DNA from: Lama glama
Lineage: Eukaryota
DNA length: 64,000 bases
Direction: 5' to 3'
Assembly (NCBI GenBank): GCA_028534125.1
Contig: CM052817.1
Location: 48,982,001-49,046,000, forward strand
The position numbers and the translations under genes are program-made. Under the pieces are notes generated by a model. It had not been told where the DNA came from, did not search any database, and saw only the letters and a program-made list of their open reading frames with translations. Shown here piece by piece: positions 24,601 through 37,813 of this stretch. Within the stretch, counting starts at the first letter, position 1. Every line of letters begins with the position of its first letter.

Positions 24601-26882
24601 CTATGTAAAGCACTTTGGGTAGTGCCTGTCGTGAGTGACAGCTTAATAAATGCTCCCACTGCATCCTTGTTATTACTTTGATCCTAGTATGAAGACTTGA
24701 TCCTACTACTGTAGAGTTCCTGAAATCACAAGAGTCATAGCCTTTCCTTAAGAGCTTCAGTTTGTACAGAGGGAAAGCCACTGGATCTTTAAAAAACCAA
24801 TTGATGTTTAGAATTGCCTGAGAATAATTATTAAATGAATAAATGGTTTGGCAAAATTAATATTACAAATATGTGCTACTGTAAATCATTTTGGCCAAAT
24901 ATTAGGAAGACCTGTAGAACTTTCTAAAACTGGGATTTAAATTATATTTCTAAAACTATAATTAGACAGAAACAAAGTTCTAAACTCAGGTAGGTTTTTA
25001 GTGGAGAGGGTCCCATTTGGGGAGTGTTTTAGGCAGAAGCTGGTTCTACGACAAACGCTTTAGAGGAAAATTTGTTGTTTGTGGAAGGGTGATAGGAATA
25101 GCTCCCCCTGTTGGCATTTTGTGTGCCCTGCAGTCCCTAATTAACATACATTACCGTATTTAATCTCCACAAAAATTCTCACAGGGCCAACAACACTATT
25201 CTCATTTTACAGAGGTGAAAATTCAGCATAAACAGATAAAGTCTTTAACAGGTTTCAAAGAGATACTAAGTGGCAGGGCTGCAAATGTAAAACAAGTTTC
25301 AGGAACCCAGAAAAGTTTCTGGAGAGGTATACCTTGCAAATAATATCTTTATGGCTTCATATTATCTATGGAATAATATCCAAGGTCTTAACACAACATC
25401 CAAGACCATTCCACATCTTTCTTTGGAAATATTTCCAGCTTTACTTCTTGCCTCTGCTTATGCACCATCTATAACTCTTCCATTTCATAATTCCATGTCT
25501 TCGCATCTTTCCTGTATGCCTTCTGACAATGTCCTCTCTTCATATTCTCTAACCAACACCTATGTATTTTCCAAGACAAAGTTGAAATTTGAGCATTTCT
25601 GTGACAATATCCTTCAAGCTTCAGGTAGGTCTAGTCATTGCTTATTTTGTGTGTTCATTAAAAGAGTGTTTACATTGATGCTGTATTGTAGTCAATCACA
25701 TGCTAATTCATTCCTTTCCTCAGTCAACAGTTACTTAAATTATTTAAATAAATGATTTAATTTTATTACATAAACTACCCAAACTGACTTTAACTAGATG
25801 TATTATTCTATGCTCTTGAGATATACCCCTCGTGAAACTTACATCCTTTTAAAGGGTACAGATTTATAAGTTTACAGGGTTATAGAAATGCAAACAACTG
25901 GAGACAGCCAAAAAAATCATGATAAAAGCAAAATGTATAGTATTTACATTATATTAAATGCAAAGAAGAAAATAAGTAAAGGAGGTGGGGTGGGAAGTGT
26001 CAAGAAGAGCGTTGGGTAACATAAGCAGAAACAGCCTCCCAGAAGAGGTAAGTAGAGAATTAAGAGAAGAGTGGGGAATGGTCCATGCATGTCTCTGGGG
26101 AAAGAATTCCAGACTGAGGGAGTGGCTAGTGGGGAGCTCTTAGGTGGCAGATCACCTAACGTGCTCAAGTAGTAACAGGCAGAAGGACAAGGGCGGGAAG
26201 TAGACGGAGATTACATAGAACATGAGGTCAAAGAGGCAGCAGGGGCCTGATGATGTAAGGTATTTTAAGATAATTTTCATGACTTTTGGATTTTTATCTG
26301 GGAGTGACAGGAAACCAATGGAAAAACTAGGTAGAAATATTATTGCTTTGAATATTAAATAATGGTTTAGGAAAATTGGAGTGAATGTGTAATGTCACTG
26401 CTGGACTTCAGGCTATAGTGAAAACAATTGCCATAGATGAATATTTTTTCGCAGCTACATTCAGAGGGGCAGAAGGCAGAATTTGGATTAACCTGAGATA
26501 TGATTTAGGTAAGACAGTAAAATCAGAGACAGGCAGGGGATTTGAGAATATACATAAAAATGATGATAGTGATTTTTCAAAGTGGGAAAGGAAGGGCATT
26601 TAGACATAAGGAGTTTAGAAGCATTGAAGAACTGACAGGATCATTGAAAGGTCCAAGGTTCTGATGAAATCAAATAATTTTTTGTTTCAGGTATTAGAAT
26701 GGGTTTATCCAGTAGACAGGATATGGTATAGGAGAGCAGGAAGGGTGAAATTATAGAGGGATAAAATTACTTACATGACAAAGTGTAACCATGTGTCCTT
26801 CCACATTTACGATCTGATTACAAGCAGGACCCACACCATCTTCATCTTTGTATCATTGTGTGATCTTTTGTATCATCTAGCA

Positions 26883-27103
26883 TAGTGGTTCTAAATCAGA
26901 AGTGACTTTGCACTGCACCTCACTCCACCAGGAGACATTTCTCAAGACAGTTTTAGTTCTAATAGCTGCGTGGCTGGTGCTCCTGGCATCTTGCAGGCAG
27001 AGGCTAGGAATGCTCCTATAACACCCTACAACACACAGGATAGCCCCCTCAGCAAAGAATTATCCTCCCCCAGATATCGTATTACAAAGACTGAGAAGCA
27101 CTG
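26883..27103 (+). mobile_element. MER20-like hAT relic
   Basis: agtggttctaaa...ctcctggcatct...gaggctaggaatgct...cacaggatagcccc...aaagaattatc...tgagaagcactg. Confidence 0.75.
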
Positions 27104-28239
27104 GCGAGCATGTAGCATGCACTCAGTAAATTCATCTTGAGCTTGAGTGAAGTTTTATGATTATGTGTGAAGTAAGAGTAATTAGGTTTAAGAGTGTGTC
27201 TTAGGAATCAGGATTCTGGCTTATGCTTTCACGATGTGAACATTATTTTGTATGTTCTGAGCCTTGATTAACTTTATACGTTAATCTTAATAGCTATATT
27301 TCAGATAAAGAAGATGTTATTTTATTATATTTGAATAATCCCATGGAAAGAATTAAAATATTCCATCTATATAAAAATGCTAAACTAACTATCCCCACCT
27401 AATAATTTGTCAGAACTAATTATATGTTATATTGTTCTTAAATCTGAATCATTATATAAATCCTCACTGTTTATTTCATTTTCCTTCCTCATCCCCCTCA
27501 TATTTTGGAAGTTATTAAACAGTGCCTCACATATTATTTAGGAATCTGAGGTTTTTAGTACCAACTCTATCTCTAAGCTACAGTATCCTGAAAAAATGAT
27601 GCAAATTCCCAGGTCTTCCATTTCCACGTCTCTAAAATATCTTTACAACATCGTACAGATAATATCTAAAGTCTCTTCTTGTTTTTATTTTCTAAACATT
27701 TTGGTCCATTTATTGTATTCTTTATCCAGCTTATTATTTAATAATAATAATAATAGTTATTATTATTAATTGTTCCCTTTCTTGAGGTTGTTATTCACAT
27801 GGTTTCAACTATTAGCTTTATGCTTTACCCATATCTCATGTCTGCATATTTCAGATCCATCACACAATACGGGAAAGAGCTTTGACTAAATAAATTCTGT
27901 TTGTAACAAATAATACTACATCTTGCTTGGATTTTATCTTGCTTCTTTCCCACAGTTCTCTTACAAAATTTCGATGAATGGAATTCTCATTTTGTCTTAT
28001 AAAACTGGCAGTTCTTAGGTTATGCATTGCAAAACCTTGGATTGCCCACATGGCACTTGCACTTACTGGTCATTGTGTTCTGAAGCTATAAGCACGTGGT
28101 GTTATCTTAAATCTCTGGCTTTTCATTTTTTCCCTTGGACAAGCCTCTTTCTCTAGTGTATTGTTAGTGATTTCCTTAATCAAGGTTTTAACCTACTTTT
28201 CTGACCCAATCAAGTCCCTAACTATACCAATGAATGTAA

Positions 28240-28420
28240 TTCAAAATTGGTGAGACAGAGAGTCACAAAGAAATGTATTTATTGCACAATATGTACAACA
28301 TCTTGCTGAGAAAATAAAAAGGAAGTGTTGAGTGGGTAGATCATGCTTGCTTTTGTATTCCTTTTCTTAGAAATTACACTTTTTTGCCTGTGGCCTTGGC
28401 AACCAAGAGCTAAAGGCACA
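28240..28420 (+). promoter_or_regulatory. BCE-1-like beta-casein distal enhancer
   Basis: C/EBP-like ATTGCACAAT at 28281-28290 and a perfect STAT5 GAS TTCTTAGAA at 28364-28372, followed by cacttttttgcctgtggccttggcaacca as in recalled bovine BCE-1; ~1.7 kb upstream of the TSS. Confidence 0.75.
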
Positions 28421-28794
28421 CTGAGCAGCTAAGACTTTTCTAGTTATACCTACGACACTGGGGTCATTTCATCATTTCCCTTCATGGCTTCCTCCTGGCT
28501 CCATATGAAGAGTCTTGGAATGAATATCAACTGAATTATTCAAATACACAGTAGACACTGACTTGGGTTTTCTAAGTAATAACAGTCAGGAGTGTTCCTC
28601 TCCCTCAACAACTAGCATGATATGGATGCAAGCTATATTATGAAGAAAAATTATTAATTATGCCAATACGCTACTTGGATACTTTAGAAAGGCATCTATT
28701 TGTGCTTAAATTCTGAATATGTCTATTACAGGCAATGAAGTGAAGCAACAATGTTGTAAAAATAAATAGTGTCGCATATAATCAGCCAATTACA

Positions 28795-29036
28795 TTTTTT
28801 TAATTGAAGTATAGTCAGTTTATAATGTGTTAATCTCTGGTATACAGCATGTTTTAGTCATATATATATATATGTGTGTGTGTATATATATACATATATA
28901 TATACACTTGTTTTCATATTCTTTTTCTTTATAGGTTACTACAAGATACTGAATATAGTTCCCTGTGCTATACAGAAGAAACTTGTTGTTTATCTATTTT
29001 ATATATAGTAGTTAGTATCTGCAAATCTCAAACTCT
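28795..29036 (-). mobile_element. 5'-truncated LINE-1 3' end with target-site duplication
   Basis: Poly-T end, L1 3'UTR motifs (gaatatagttccctgtgctatacag), and flanking CAATTACA(TTT) at 28787 and 29037. Confidence 0.8.
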
Positions 29037-29879
29037 CAATTACATTTATGAACATCAATCACTAGAGGGGCAAAGAAACTTGAAGTCTGCCTTTGTAAAT
29101 GGGTACCTAAGAAGTGTTCTGAGGACTGGCTCAGACTCTATTGTAATACTTGGGCAAGACCCTCCTCCCATCTGCACTTCCATTTTTCCTTCCTCCACTG
29201 TTTGTCCTTCCATGAAAATCAGCTGATAAACATTGACTCACTGTAAAAGGTATGATTCCCAACTTGAGCAGTCCCATTTTTAATAAATTTGTATCAGTAT
29301 TATTTGTTCTATAAATATTACTTTCTGTCTGAAAATCCTTTAACAAATCCCCACCATCCAGAGAATAAAATTCATGTCCCTTAGGATCACAGCACACTTT
29401 GCCCATCATCCTCTGATCCCTTTCTCTTTCCTTTTTCTCATCTCCATCTACTCCCTAATCCTTGCACTTCGTGGCCCAGATTCATTACTTGATTTAGTTG
29501 TAGTGACTTCTTTCTCATATTCAAGAACCTATTCTTCTTTTCTTTTTAGCCTATAATTAATTCTCTTCCTTCCTCAGGTCTAAGCTATCATCATGGATGC
29601 GTTATCTTGTCAGTTTCTCCCTTACAGCATCAAACACTAATATCTATTCAGGTGAGAATGAAATTGTGGCCGTTGTGTGGCCCATGTATCTCTGGTGCCT
29701 ATGTAGAATTTCTCCACATGTAAAATCTTGAAGACCCAACAGGTACTACAGAGACCTTATTGTGTCTACAATAATTTGGAGACTGGGCCAGAATGTCACT
29801 GTCTCCCAGCCAATGTCTGTAGTTACTGGACAGTTTTATTTTCTGGACAGATTTCTTTTATCAGATTGTGAATTATTTC

Positions 29880-30045
29880 CTTGTTAAAATGCTCCCCAGA
29901 ATTTCTGGGGACAGATAATAAGAAGAAATTATTTTCTAATCATGTGGAATTCTGGAAATTCAAACTCACTATTGATTTTATCTCAAACCACAAAATTAGC
30001 ATGCCATTAAAGACTGTATATAAATCGTCACAAAAGCAGACCATT
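29880..30045 (+). promoter_or_regulatory. CSN2: CSN2 proximal promoter
   Basis: TATATAAA at 30017-30024; aaaccacaaaattagcat Runx/Oct casein box; GAS-position element TTCTGGAAA at 29950-29958; inverted repeat at 29893-29911. Confidence 0.85.
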
Positions 30046-30094
30046 ATCCACTCAGATCCTCCTTCACTTCTTTTCCTCCACTTTGGGAAAAAAG
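30046..30094 (+). other. CSN2: CSN2 non-coding exon 1
   Basis: atccactcagatcctccttcacttc...aaag|gtaaga downstream of the TATA box; start approximate. Confidence 0.85.
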
Positions 30095-32014
30095 GTAAGA
30101 ATTTCAGATACAAATTCAATGTATCCTCTCTTCATTTTTATTTCAAACTAGGTTGAGACACACAAAAAAACATAACTGCTTAAAATGCAGTCTTTAAAAT
30201 AAGGTTATTTAAGATAATGCTGACAATATTTTCAACACTTAGGTTAAAAAAATAGAAGTGCCTGTATAGGTTTGATAAGAATTATAATGACTGCATGAGC
30301 TTTATGAGTCTAACAAAATGTAATAAAGGTGATGGCTATTTTCTTTAGTACAAGATTAGTTAACAGGCTATATAAAAAGATCAATTTCTTGAATTAAGTG
30401 TCTTCTAATTTGATAAAACATATCACAGCCATAAAGGCAAATGCATTTAATTTATAGTATGGTGAAATGAATCATTACTACTGGGCAAGCTTTATTGAAC
30501 AAATAGCTACAGAGGTAGCATGTCGAGTCAAAAAATGGGGAGAGTTGTTTGGAGACATGCACTACTTGAAATGTTTATAAATAATATTTTTAGAAGAAGT
30601 GTGTATTATCACACTTGTGTAGAACATCCAAATCCTCAGTTTATCATTTAATTTACAATATTTCAAAAATATAAAATAGATACATGAAATGTGGTATAAG
30701 TTAAAGAGAAATAAGATGTTTATTTTGTAAAAAAAAAAAAAATTCAGGAGGGGCTGAGATGACCTAGGAACAGAAAAGAAGAAAAATATAATTTGAAAGA
30801 AAGGACAGCTTAAAATATCTTAGTTAAAAATAAAATTCTGGCTTAAAAATTGTATATAAAGTGCTAATTATAAAATAAAGAAAATATAGTAGTCTTTCCA
30901 CTGATAGTGATCTCTAATAGAGTTCCACATTAGCTTTCGTGAGTCTTGACGATAAAAAGTTATTTGGAAACTCATGGAAGTCTTAGGGAAAGTAAAATAA
31001 AGAAAAAATTAGGTAGTACCCAGGAGAAAAACATAGCAAATTTTTCTTAATTTAGTTTGAAAATCTGGAATTGAAGATTGTGTGTCAAGGGATATTGGTG
31101 GGGCAAACATTATTTTTTATAAGTCCTTACAGAAATGTGACAAAATCAACCATTTTCAACACCTCGGTCAAAGGTGTTCACAAACTTTACATTATGCTAC
31201 AAGGAGAAGGAGCCGAGAGTGGGGACTGGGCAAGGGACCCAGACCCCTTGGTTAATCATTAGGATACAAGTACACAGAGGTTTCCAGAGAGTATGATCTC
31301 CAAAATTACGTGGCACAAAGGAGATGTCATTAGGTGTGTGGGAAGGAAGACTGTGCGGTGGATACACACGGAGAAGAAACAATCCAGTCAGGCCAAGGAA
31401 AGATCTGGATGAGTGGGGCAAATAAAGGAAATGCTAAAATGAAAATCCCAGTCTAATTGGAAATAAGGACATATGAATAAACCAAACATTTGTGGAAACT
31501 GTTTAGTAAAGAAAAGATAAAAATACAGGATTTTCTTTGACTAGTCTCCTCTCAATAGAATTGAGGCTCCAACAAAGCTGAGACCTTAATATTTTGTTCA
31601 CTGCTGTAATCGCAGCATTTAAGCAATGTCTGCTAAATAAATATTTTTGAATAAGTAAATCAATTAATTACTCTTTGTGTGAATATTTGTAACTTTTTCC
31701 TGCCTTTCAAAAAAACTCTCATAAGTACTGTGAATGAGATGAAAGGGTAAAGTAGGATAGGGCTGTTAGCTGAAAAAAATCTGGCTGACAATGAAATATG
31801 AATTTGATATGTAAGAGTAGAGAGTCACTTGATTTTGACCTTGGTCAAATGACAAAGCTTCTATTAGTATTTTTTCCTAAAATACAGACATTTTTATTAT
31901 ACACTATCTTTGGTTTATTTTAAAGGAAATTAATCCTACAGAAATAAGAAAATACATTAGATTGACCAGTATATCACCATCTCCTCATTTCTCCATCCAT
32001 AGGACTTGATAGTC

Positions 32015-35000
32015 ATGAAGGTCCTCATCCTTGCCTGCCTGGTGGCTCTTGCTCTTGCAAGAGAGGTAAGTACACACAAAATGTCTCTAAATAAGTCATA
32101 TATGGTGCCATCTGCCTATGTGTAGACAATAGTATTACCAACATGCTAAAGGTATAAATAATGCAGAATTTCAGGTTTTTTTTACTTCTAAGATAATCAT
32201 TTACATTCACCCACTCTCTCAACAGTATCTTACAGGATCACAAATTCGAGTCAGATACTTTGCATGTTACTCTGCCACCAGTCCCTACAGGAAAAGCAAA
32301 CAAATCAATAAGCAAGAAGAAAAAAGCAGAAACACACATAAGAACAACAAAAAAGAGTAATATTGCACAAATACAATGGCATGCATGTGCTATCTAGAGA
32401 AATATTTCTAATTTCAGAGATGAGATACATGCATCTTTTACCCTAGGGCACTGGGCCAAACCCCACCTATGTCTATTCCACAGAGGATGATACTACAGAG
32501 GATGGAGTTTCAGGCAATAATCAGAAACATTCATAATCATAATAAAAAGTTTTAATACAAGTTAAAATAACTAAAATAACTCCTATTCTGTTACCCATCA
32601 AAAACTCTTCATTCAGGTAAAATAAAACTATATCAATAAAAAAGTTACTAAGTATAAAAGACATAGGAAACAATTACACTTCAAGACTCTCAAATGACCT
32701 TTAACCACTTTTTATTTCTCGAATTGTGAATTAGCTACCTCTGCATAAGGAAGATAAAAATTAGGTAGAAAACATGTTTAAAAATGAGTTAGTTATAAAA
32801 AGTAAAATGGTGTTTTTTTCTCTACAGAAGGAAGAATTCAAGACAGCGGGTGAGGTAAGGCATTTTTATTCAGAGAAAATTTTCCAACCATAAAATAATA
32901 ACACTTTCTGATGATCTAGGAGAAGACTCAGCTGGGTGTTGATTTTTTTTTTTTCTTTATAGGCTGTGGAAAGCATTTCAAGCAGTGAGGTAAGACAGTG
33001 TTCATTTAAAGGCAATTACCCAAATGTAGAACAGTAAAATACTCTACTATCTTTCTTTTTGTGTTAACAGTAGGGCAGTTAAGCCAATGTAGCTATGTTC
33101 TGACCTGTAAATTCTAATGTAAATTTCCATTGTATACATTTAAAGACAGAATAAACGTCTGTAGGATTTAGTATTGTAGCAGGTTTTAAATTGACTTCCT
33201 ACTTGAAATTGTGTCACATGGCCCCTTTTTTAATGAACTGTAGAGTCCTAGTTTCTATCTTGAACTCTACGTTAACCTCATTCACTGTTTTGACGCTTAC
33301 TGAGCACTTTCTGTATGAGAGTAAGAGCTATGGTACAAACTGGAAAGAGGGAAGCATAGAACTCACAATGCTGTGACTGGGAAGACATGCAAATACGAAC
33401 ATTTTGTAATTATGATAGTGATCTAGGAAATAAGAGGCTGTGGGACTTAGTGTAGTCCTTAATCTGCTTGCGAGACTCAGGTAGATATTAATCATTGCAT
33501 CACTCTTTTGGGATCTGTCATCATCTGCAAGTTAAACGGTACATCAATATACTCTGCCTCTTCACAAAGGTTATAAGATCCTTACGGGAGAATATTTGTG
33601 TCTTATACTTCATTTGAAGCCTAAACATAACAAGGGAACAAATATGTCAAAGGTTATTATAATGAATTTTCAATGACTATTATTCTTTTAGAATCCGAAG
33701 AGTTAGAGCCCTTTTGTTGTCATAAGAAGGGAGCAGGGTGACAGAGAGAAATTAGCATCTGTTAAATGCCTTTTTATACTATGTTCACTAATTTTCTTTA
33801 TGAAATTGCATTGTCTGTCCTCTTATAAAACAGACTTATTCAGAATAGTGTAACAAAGTTTTAACAATTAAAATAATATTATTAAACAAGGTGTCCACAT
33901 TAACCTAGAAATGTCTTCATTTTCTGATTTATATTGACAAATAATAATTGATCATTAAAACTAAACCTGATTTTATTTTTTTTTGAAGGAATCTATTACA
34001 CACATCAACAAGGTAAAACCTTCATGTTTAAATGTGCATGTTTTCAGAATTTCCTGTGTTCAATTTTTACAAATAATAATTCTTTATGTGTGATTTTTAC
34101 TTTTTAGCAGAAAATTGAGAAGTTTAAAATTGAGGAACAGCAGCAAACAGAGGTAATTTGTTCATGATAAGTATACTTTAAAAATTAATATGAAATATAA
34201 TACATGGGAACATATTTATAATTATATGTTCAGTCTAAAGAATAGTAATAAAATAAATGTCAGTATAGGAAATTAAACTTTGACAAAGTAAAAATATTTT
34301 TAAAGACATAAACACATTTTAAACATATAATCAATTTCCAGAGTATAGAATTAATCCCTAAGAATAACTATTGATTTATTCACTTTACTAATGATATACT
34401 TGTTTTCAGTAAGTGCACATTAGTAGAAACATTTCCAGGCTGGGGACTGAGATACTCTGATTCTCAGGATGAAGATGCTGATGAAAGAGACCAGGGAGGC
34501 AGTGTGGTACAAATCCTAATTTGATCACTTATCAGCCATGTAACCTTGGCTCCAAGTTTCTCTGTGCCTCAATTTCATCATCTGTAAATCGAGACTACTC
34601 ATAACCCACAGTAAATATTCAGTGATGTTACATTAACATTCTGTAGCTTTTACTCACATTTATAAATGGGTGAGGTTCTTAAAAGTATTTCCATTACACA
34701 GATGAGAGATGTGAGGTGCAGAACTGAGTACACAATTGTGTGACACTATCACATAGTTATTGAATAGTAGCACTTGCTTTAAAGTAAGGATTTGGGGGAT
34801 GACATAAAATTCATTATCTAATTAAATCACTCTTGTTGTAACATTTATCTAATTGTAATAGTTAAGCTTTCTTGTTTCACTGATAAAGTTGGATTGTTTG
34901 ATACTTACACCACATATTTTCTAAATCAAAGTGAACTTACAAATAGATGCCTCTTGAAAGACTCGAGATAACCACCTTCTACCAAGGGAAATAGTGCTAG

Positions 35001-36725
35001 AAGTTTGCTATTGTTAAGTAACTCCTTGAATTAAACCGCAAATTAGATTTACTTTTCATTAAAACAAACAAGCAAAAATAAACCGTGGCGTTATCCCTCT
35101 AAGTCTTTTTCTCACATGGCCAATAGAGTTTTATTTATGCTCCAAGTCCTTTTTGCCCTCCACTATTGGGTTATTTTGAAATATTACCCAACATTGTTTT
35201 ATTTCATCTATAGACAATAGATCTTCATTATATGAAAAAAATATGATCTATGATCTATTATCAACACGTTGTTGAAAAGTCTGTGCACTCTAAATATGCA
35301 GCTACAGCTATAAAGGCAGCACAGGAAAAAGTAAAACAAGTATTGAGATCTCCGAACATTAATTCCACTTTGATTCGTGGATTCACCTGTGAAGGAAGCA
35401 GATTAATAAGAAATCTCTCAGTGAGCATTTTACCCCCTAGTCTTCACATGATCCCCCACAATTTCTTAACTACAATAAGTGAAAGATTCTCTTTTTCTCT
35501 TTTCACTCAATTATGATTGTTCAAAAGAGAGGAGGTTAATTCATCATGAATGACAATCAGCGCTGAATTATAGACTCAAAATATTCTTTTCCTTCTTCCA
35601 GGATGAACAGCAGGATAAAATCTACACCTTTCCCCAGCCCCAGTCTCTAGTCTATTCTCACACTGAGCCCATTCCTTACCCTATCCTTCCACAAAACTTT
35701 CTGCCTCCTCTTCAGCCTGCTGTGATGGTACCTTTTCTTCAGCCTAAAGTAATGGATGTCCCCAAAACTAAGGAGATCGTCATTCCTAAGCGCAAAGAAA
35801 TGCCCTTGCTTCAGTCTCCACTAGTGCCCTTTACTGAAAGCCAGAGCCTGACTCTCACTGATCTCGAAAATCTGCACCTTCCTCTGCCTCTGCTCCAGTC
35901 TTTGATGCACCAGATTCCCCAGCCTGTTCCTCAGACCCCCATGATTCCTCCTCAGTCCCTGCTGTCCCTTTCTCAGTTCAAAGTCCTGCCTGTTCCCCAG
36001 CAAATGGTGCCCTACCCCCAGAGAGCCATGCCTGTGCAAGCCCTTCTGCCCTTCCAGGAGCCTATACCTGACCCCGTCCGGGGGCTCCACCCTGTGCCTC
36101 AACCACTCGTCCCTGTGATTGTAAGTGCAGATTTACTAACTGTGCTGTTTCACTCATGGTGTGTATATGATGTTAGAATAACTAAGTGAGGGCTCTAGAA
36201 TGAAAGAAAAAAATGAGAAATGGATGATTCCAAAACACACATAGTTCAGATCAGTGATTCTCAACATTAGCTACAAACAGAATAACCTGGAAAACATTTT
36301 TTATTTCCAAATTCCCAATGTCTAGGTTTACCCACGGAGATTCTGATATAATTGTTCTAATTTTCTATATAGAAGAAACTGAGTAATGAGCAGAAATAAT
36401 TTCAGGGATTATGATTTAGTTGGTCTGTGGAGAATTTAGATAAAGAGGATTAATGTTTACTAAAGCCAGAATTAAATTCGATAATCTCATTTGGCTTGGA
36501 ATAACAAACCTAAGAAAGTTTGCTATTTTCTATAATTTGGAAGTTTTCTTTCTGCACATTTATTTCTCCACATGCTTCATTTCACATCTTGTTTTTGATA
36601 CATGAATATATGAGGGCAAAATATTGAATTGCTTATTTCAATATTCATGGACTTCTTAGGGAAAGTTTTCTTGTCAAAAATGAATTGTATATTTATTTGT
36701 TCATTTTTTAATTTTTAAGGCCTAA
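32015..36725 (+). CDS. CSN2: Beta-casein precursor, 232 aa ([83 protein letters not shown]...PQPLVPVIA)
   Basis: join(32015-32065, 32828-32854, 32963-32989, 33989-34012, 34108-34152, 35602-36120, 36720-36725). All introns are GT-AG and phase 0. Recognisable camelid beta-casein. Exon 2 starts at 32003 and exon 8 ends at 36761. Confidence 0.98.
34490..34610 (+). mobile_element. MIR SINE relic in CSN2 intron 6
   Basis: taaccttggc...tctctgtgcctcaatttcatcatctgtaaa MIR core. Confidence 0.7.
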
Positions 36726-37498
36726 GAAGATTTCAAAGTTAATACCTCCTCCTCACTTTTGGTAAGCTTTAGGAGTTTGGAAATTAGACTAATCATATTT
36801 ACAGTTAACATATTTTTACATTTCATTCTCCTGGATAAGCCCAAAATAGTCCCAAATATCATTAGTTTACCAATTTAATTATTAATTATCAATTTATTCT
36901 CAATGGTTGACTCTTGTTTACTGACCTGAAATTATATATCTCTCGTATTTCAAATAATTCAAAATTTTATTCATGTGCTATTGGCATATTAGATTTGTTT
37001 TTCTTTCAAATGTCTATACCCTTATGCTTGATTATCATTACTTTTAGGAAAAACTGAAAATGATTTCTTCTACTTTTATGTAAATATTTCAGAGCTTATT
37101 TTAAAAATCAACTGCATTCACATTTCTAACTTAGGCTTTAAGAACTTCAATTGTTTTTGTCTCATTTAGAAAGTATACGTTGTCTTTCCATTCACGAGTC
37201 AAAATACAATTTATTAGTCCAGATGTGACTTAAAAAGGGAGTAGAATGTAGTTTTGAGATTCTTAAGCTACAGATCCTTTTGTGATCATGATAGATAAGA
37301 TCTTTTAATAAAACAATTCCAACTGAGCTGATATTTGGTCCTAGAGGGACTTTTGTATGCCTCCAAGATAAGGCACAACATGGTGCATTCATGATAAAAT
37401 TCCTCTTATAAATTAGTCACATCAAAATTACAAATGGGGAGAGATTATAGTTATAGCATATAAAATAACTAATATTATGTTTGTTCTCTATTCCACAG

Positions 37499-37813
37499 AA
37501 TTGACTGCGACTGGAAATGTGGCACCTTTTCAATCTTTGTATCATGTTACCAAAATGATTTTTAAATGACCTCCATGGAAGAAGATGAAATTGTAGTCCT
37601 TTATTTATTTTATGCTTTACATGGCACTCATCTTAATTTGAATTTGACTCAAAATTTTAATTCAACTAATACCATAAAGTTCAATTTTGAGTCGGAAATA
37701 CTATAAGCTTATCAAAAATATGTATAAAATCATTTGTGTAATTGTGCTTATTATTATTTCTTTGAGAATCTATTTCCAAACCAGTCATTTCAATAAACTA
37801 ATCCTTTAGGCAT
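37499..37813 (+). other. CSN2: CSN2 terminal 3'UTR exon 9
   Basis: Acceptor ttctctattccacag|aattgactgcgactggaaat; AATAAA at 37792-37797. Confidence 0.88.

Noticed and set aside
35821..36102. Antisense 93-aa ORF
   Set aside because: Shadow of the Pro/Gln-rich CSN2 exon 7; no independent support
35722..36189. 155-aa ORF as a stand-alone gene
   Set aside because: It is part of CSN2 exon 7 reading through the donor at 36121 into intron 7
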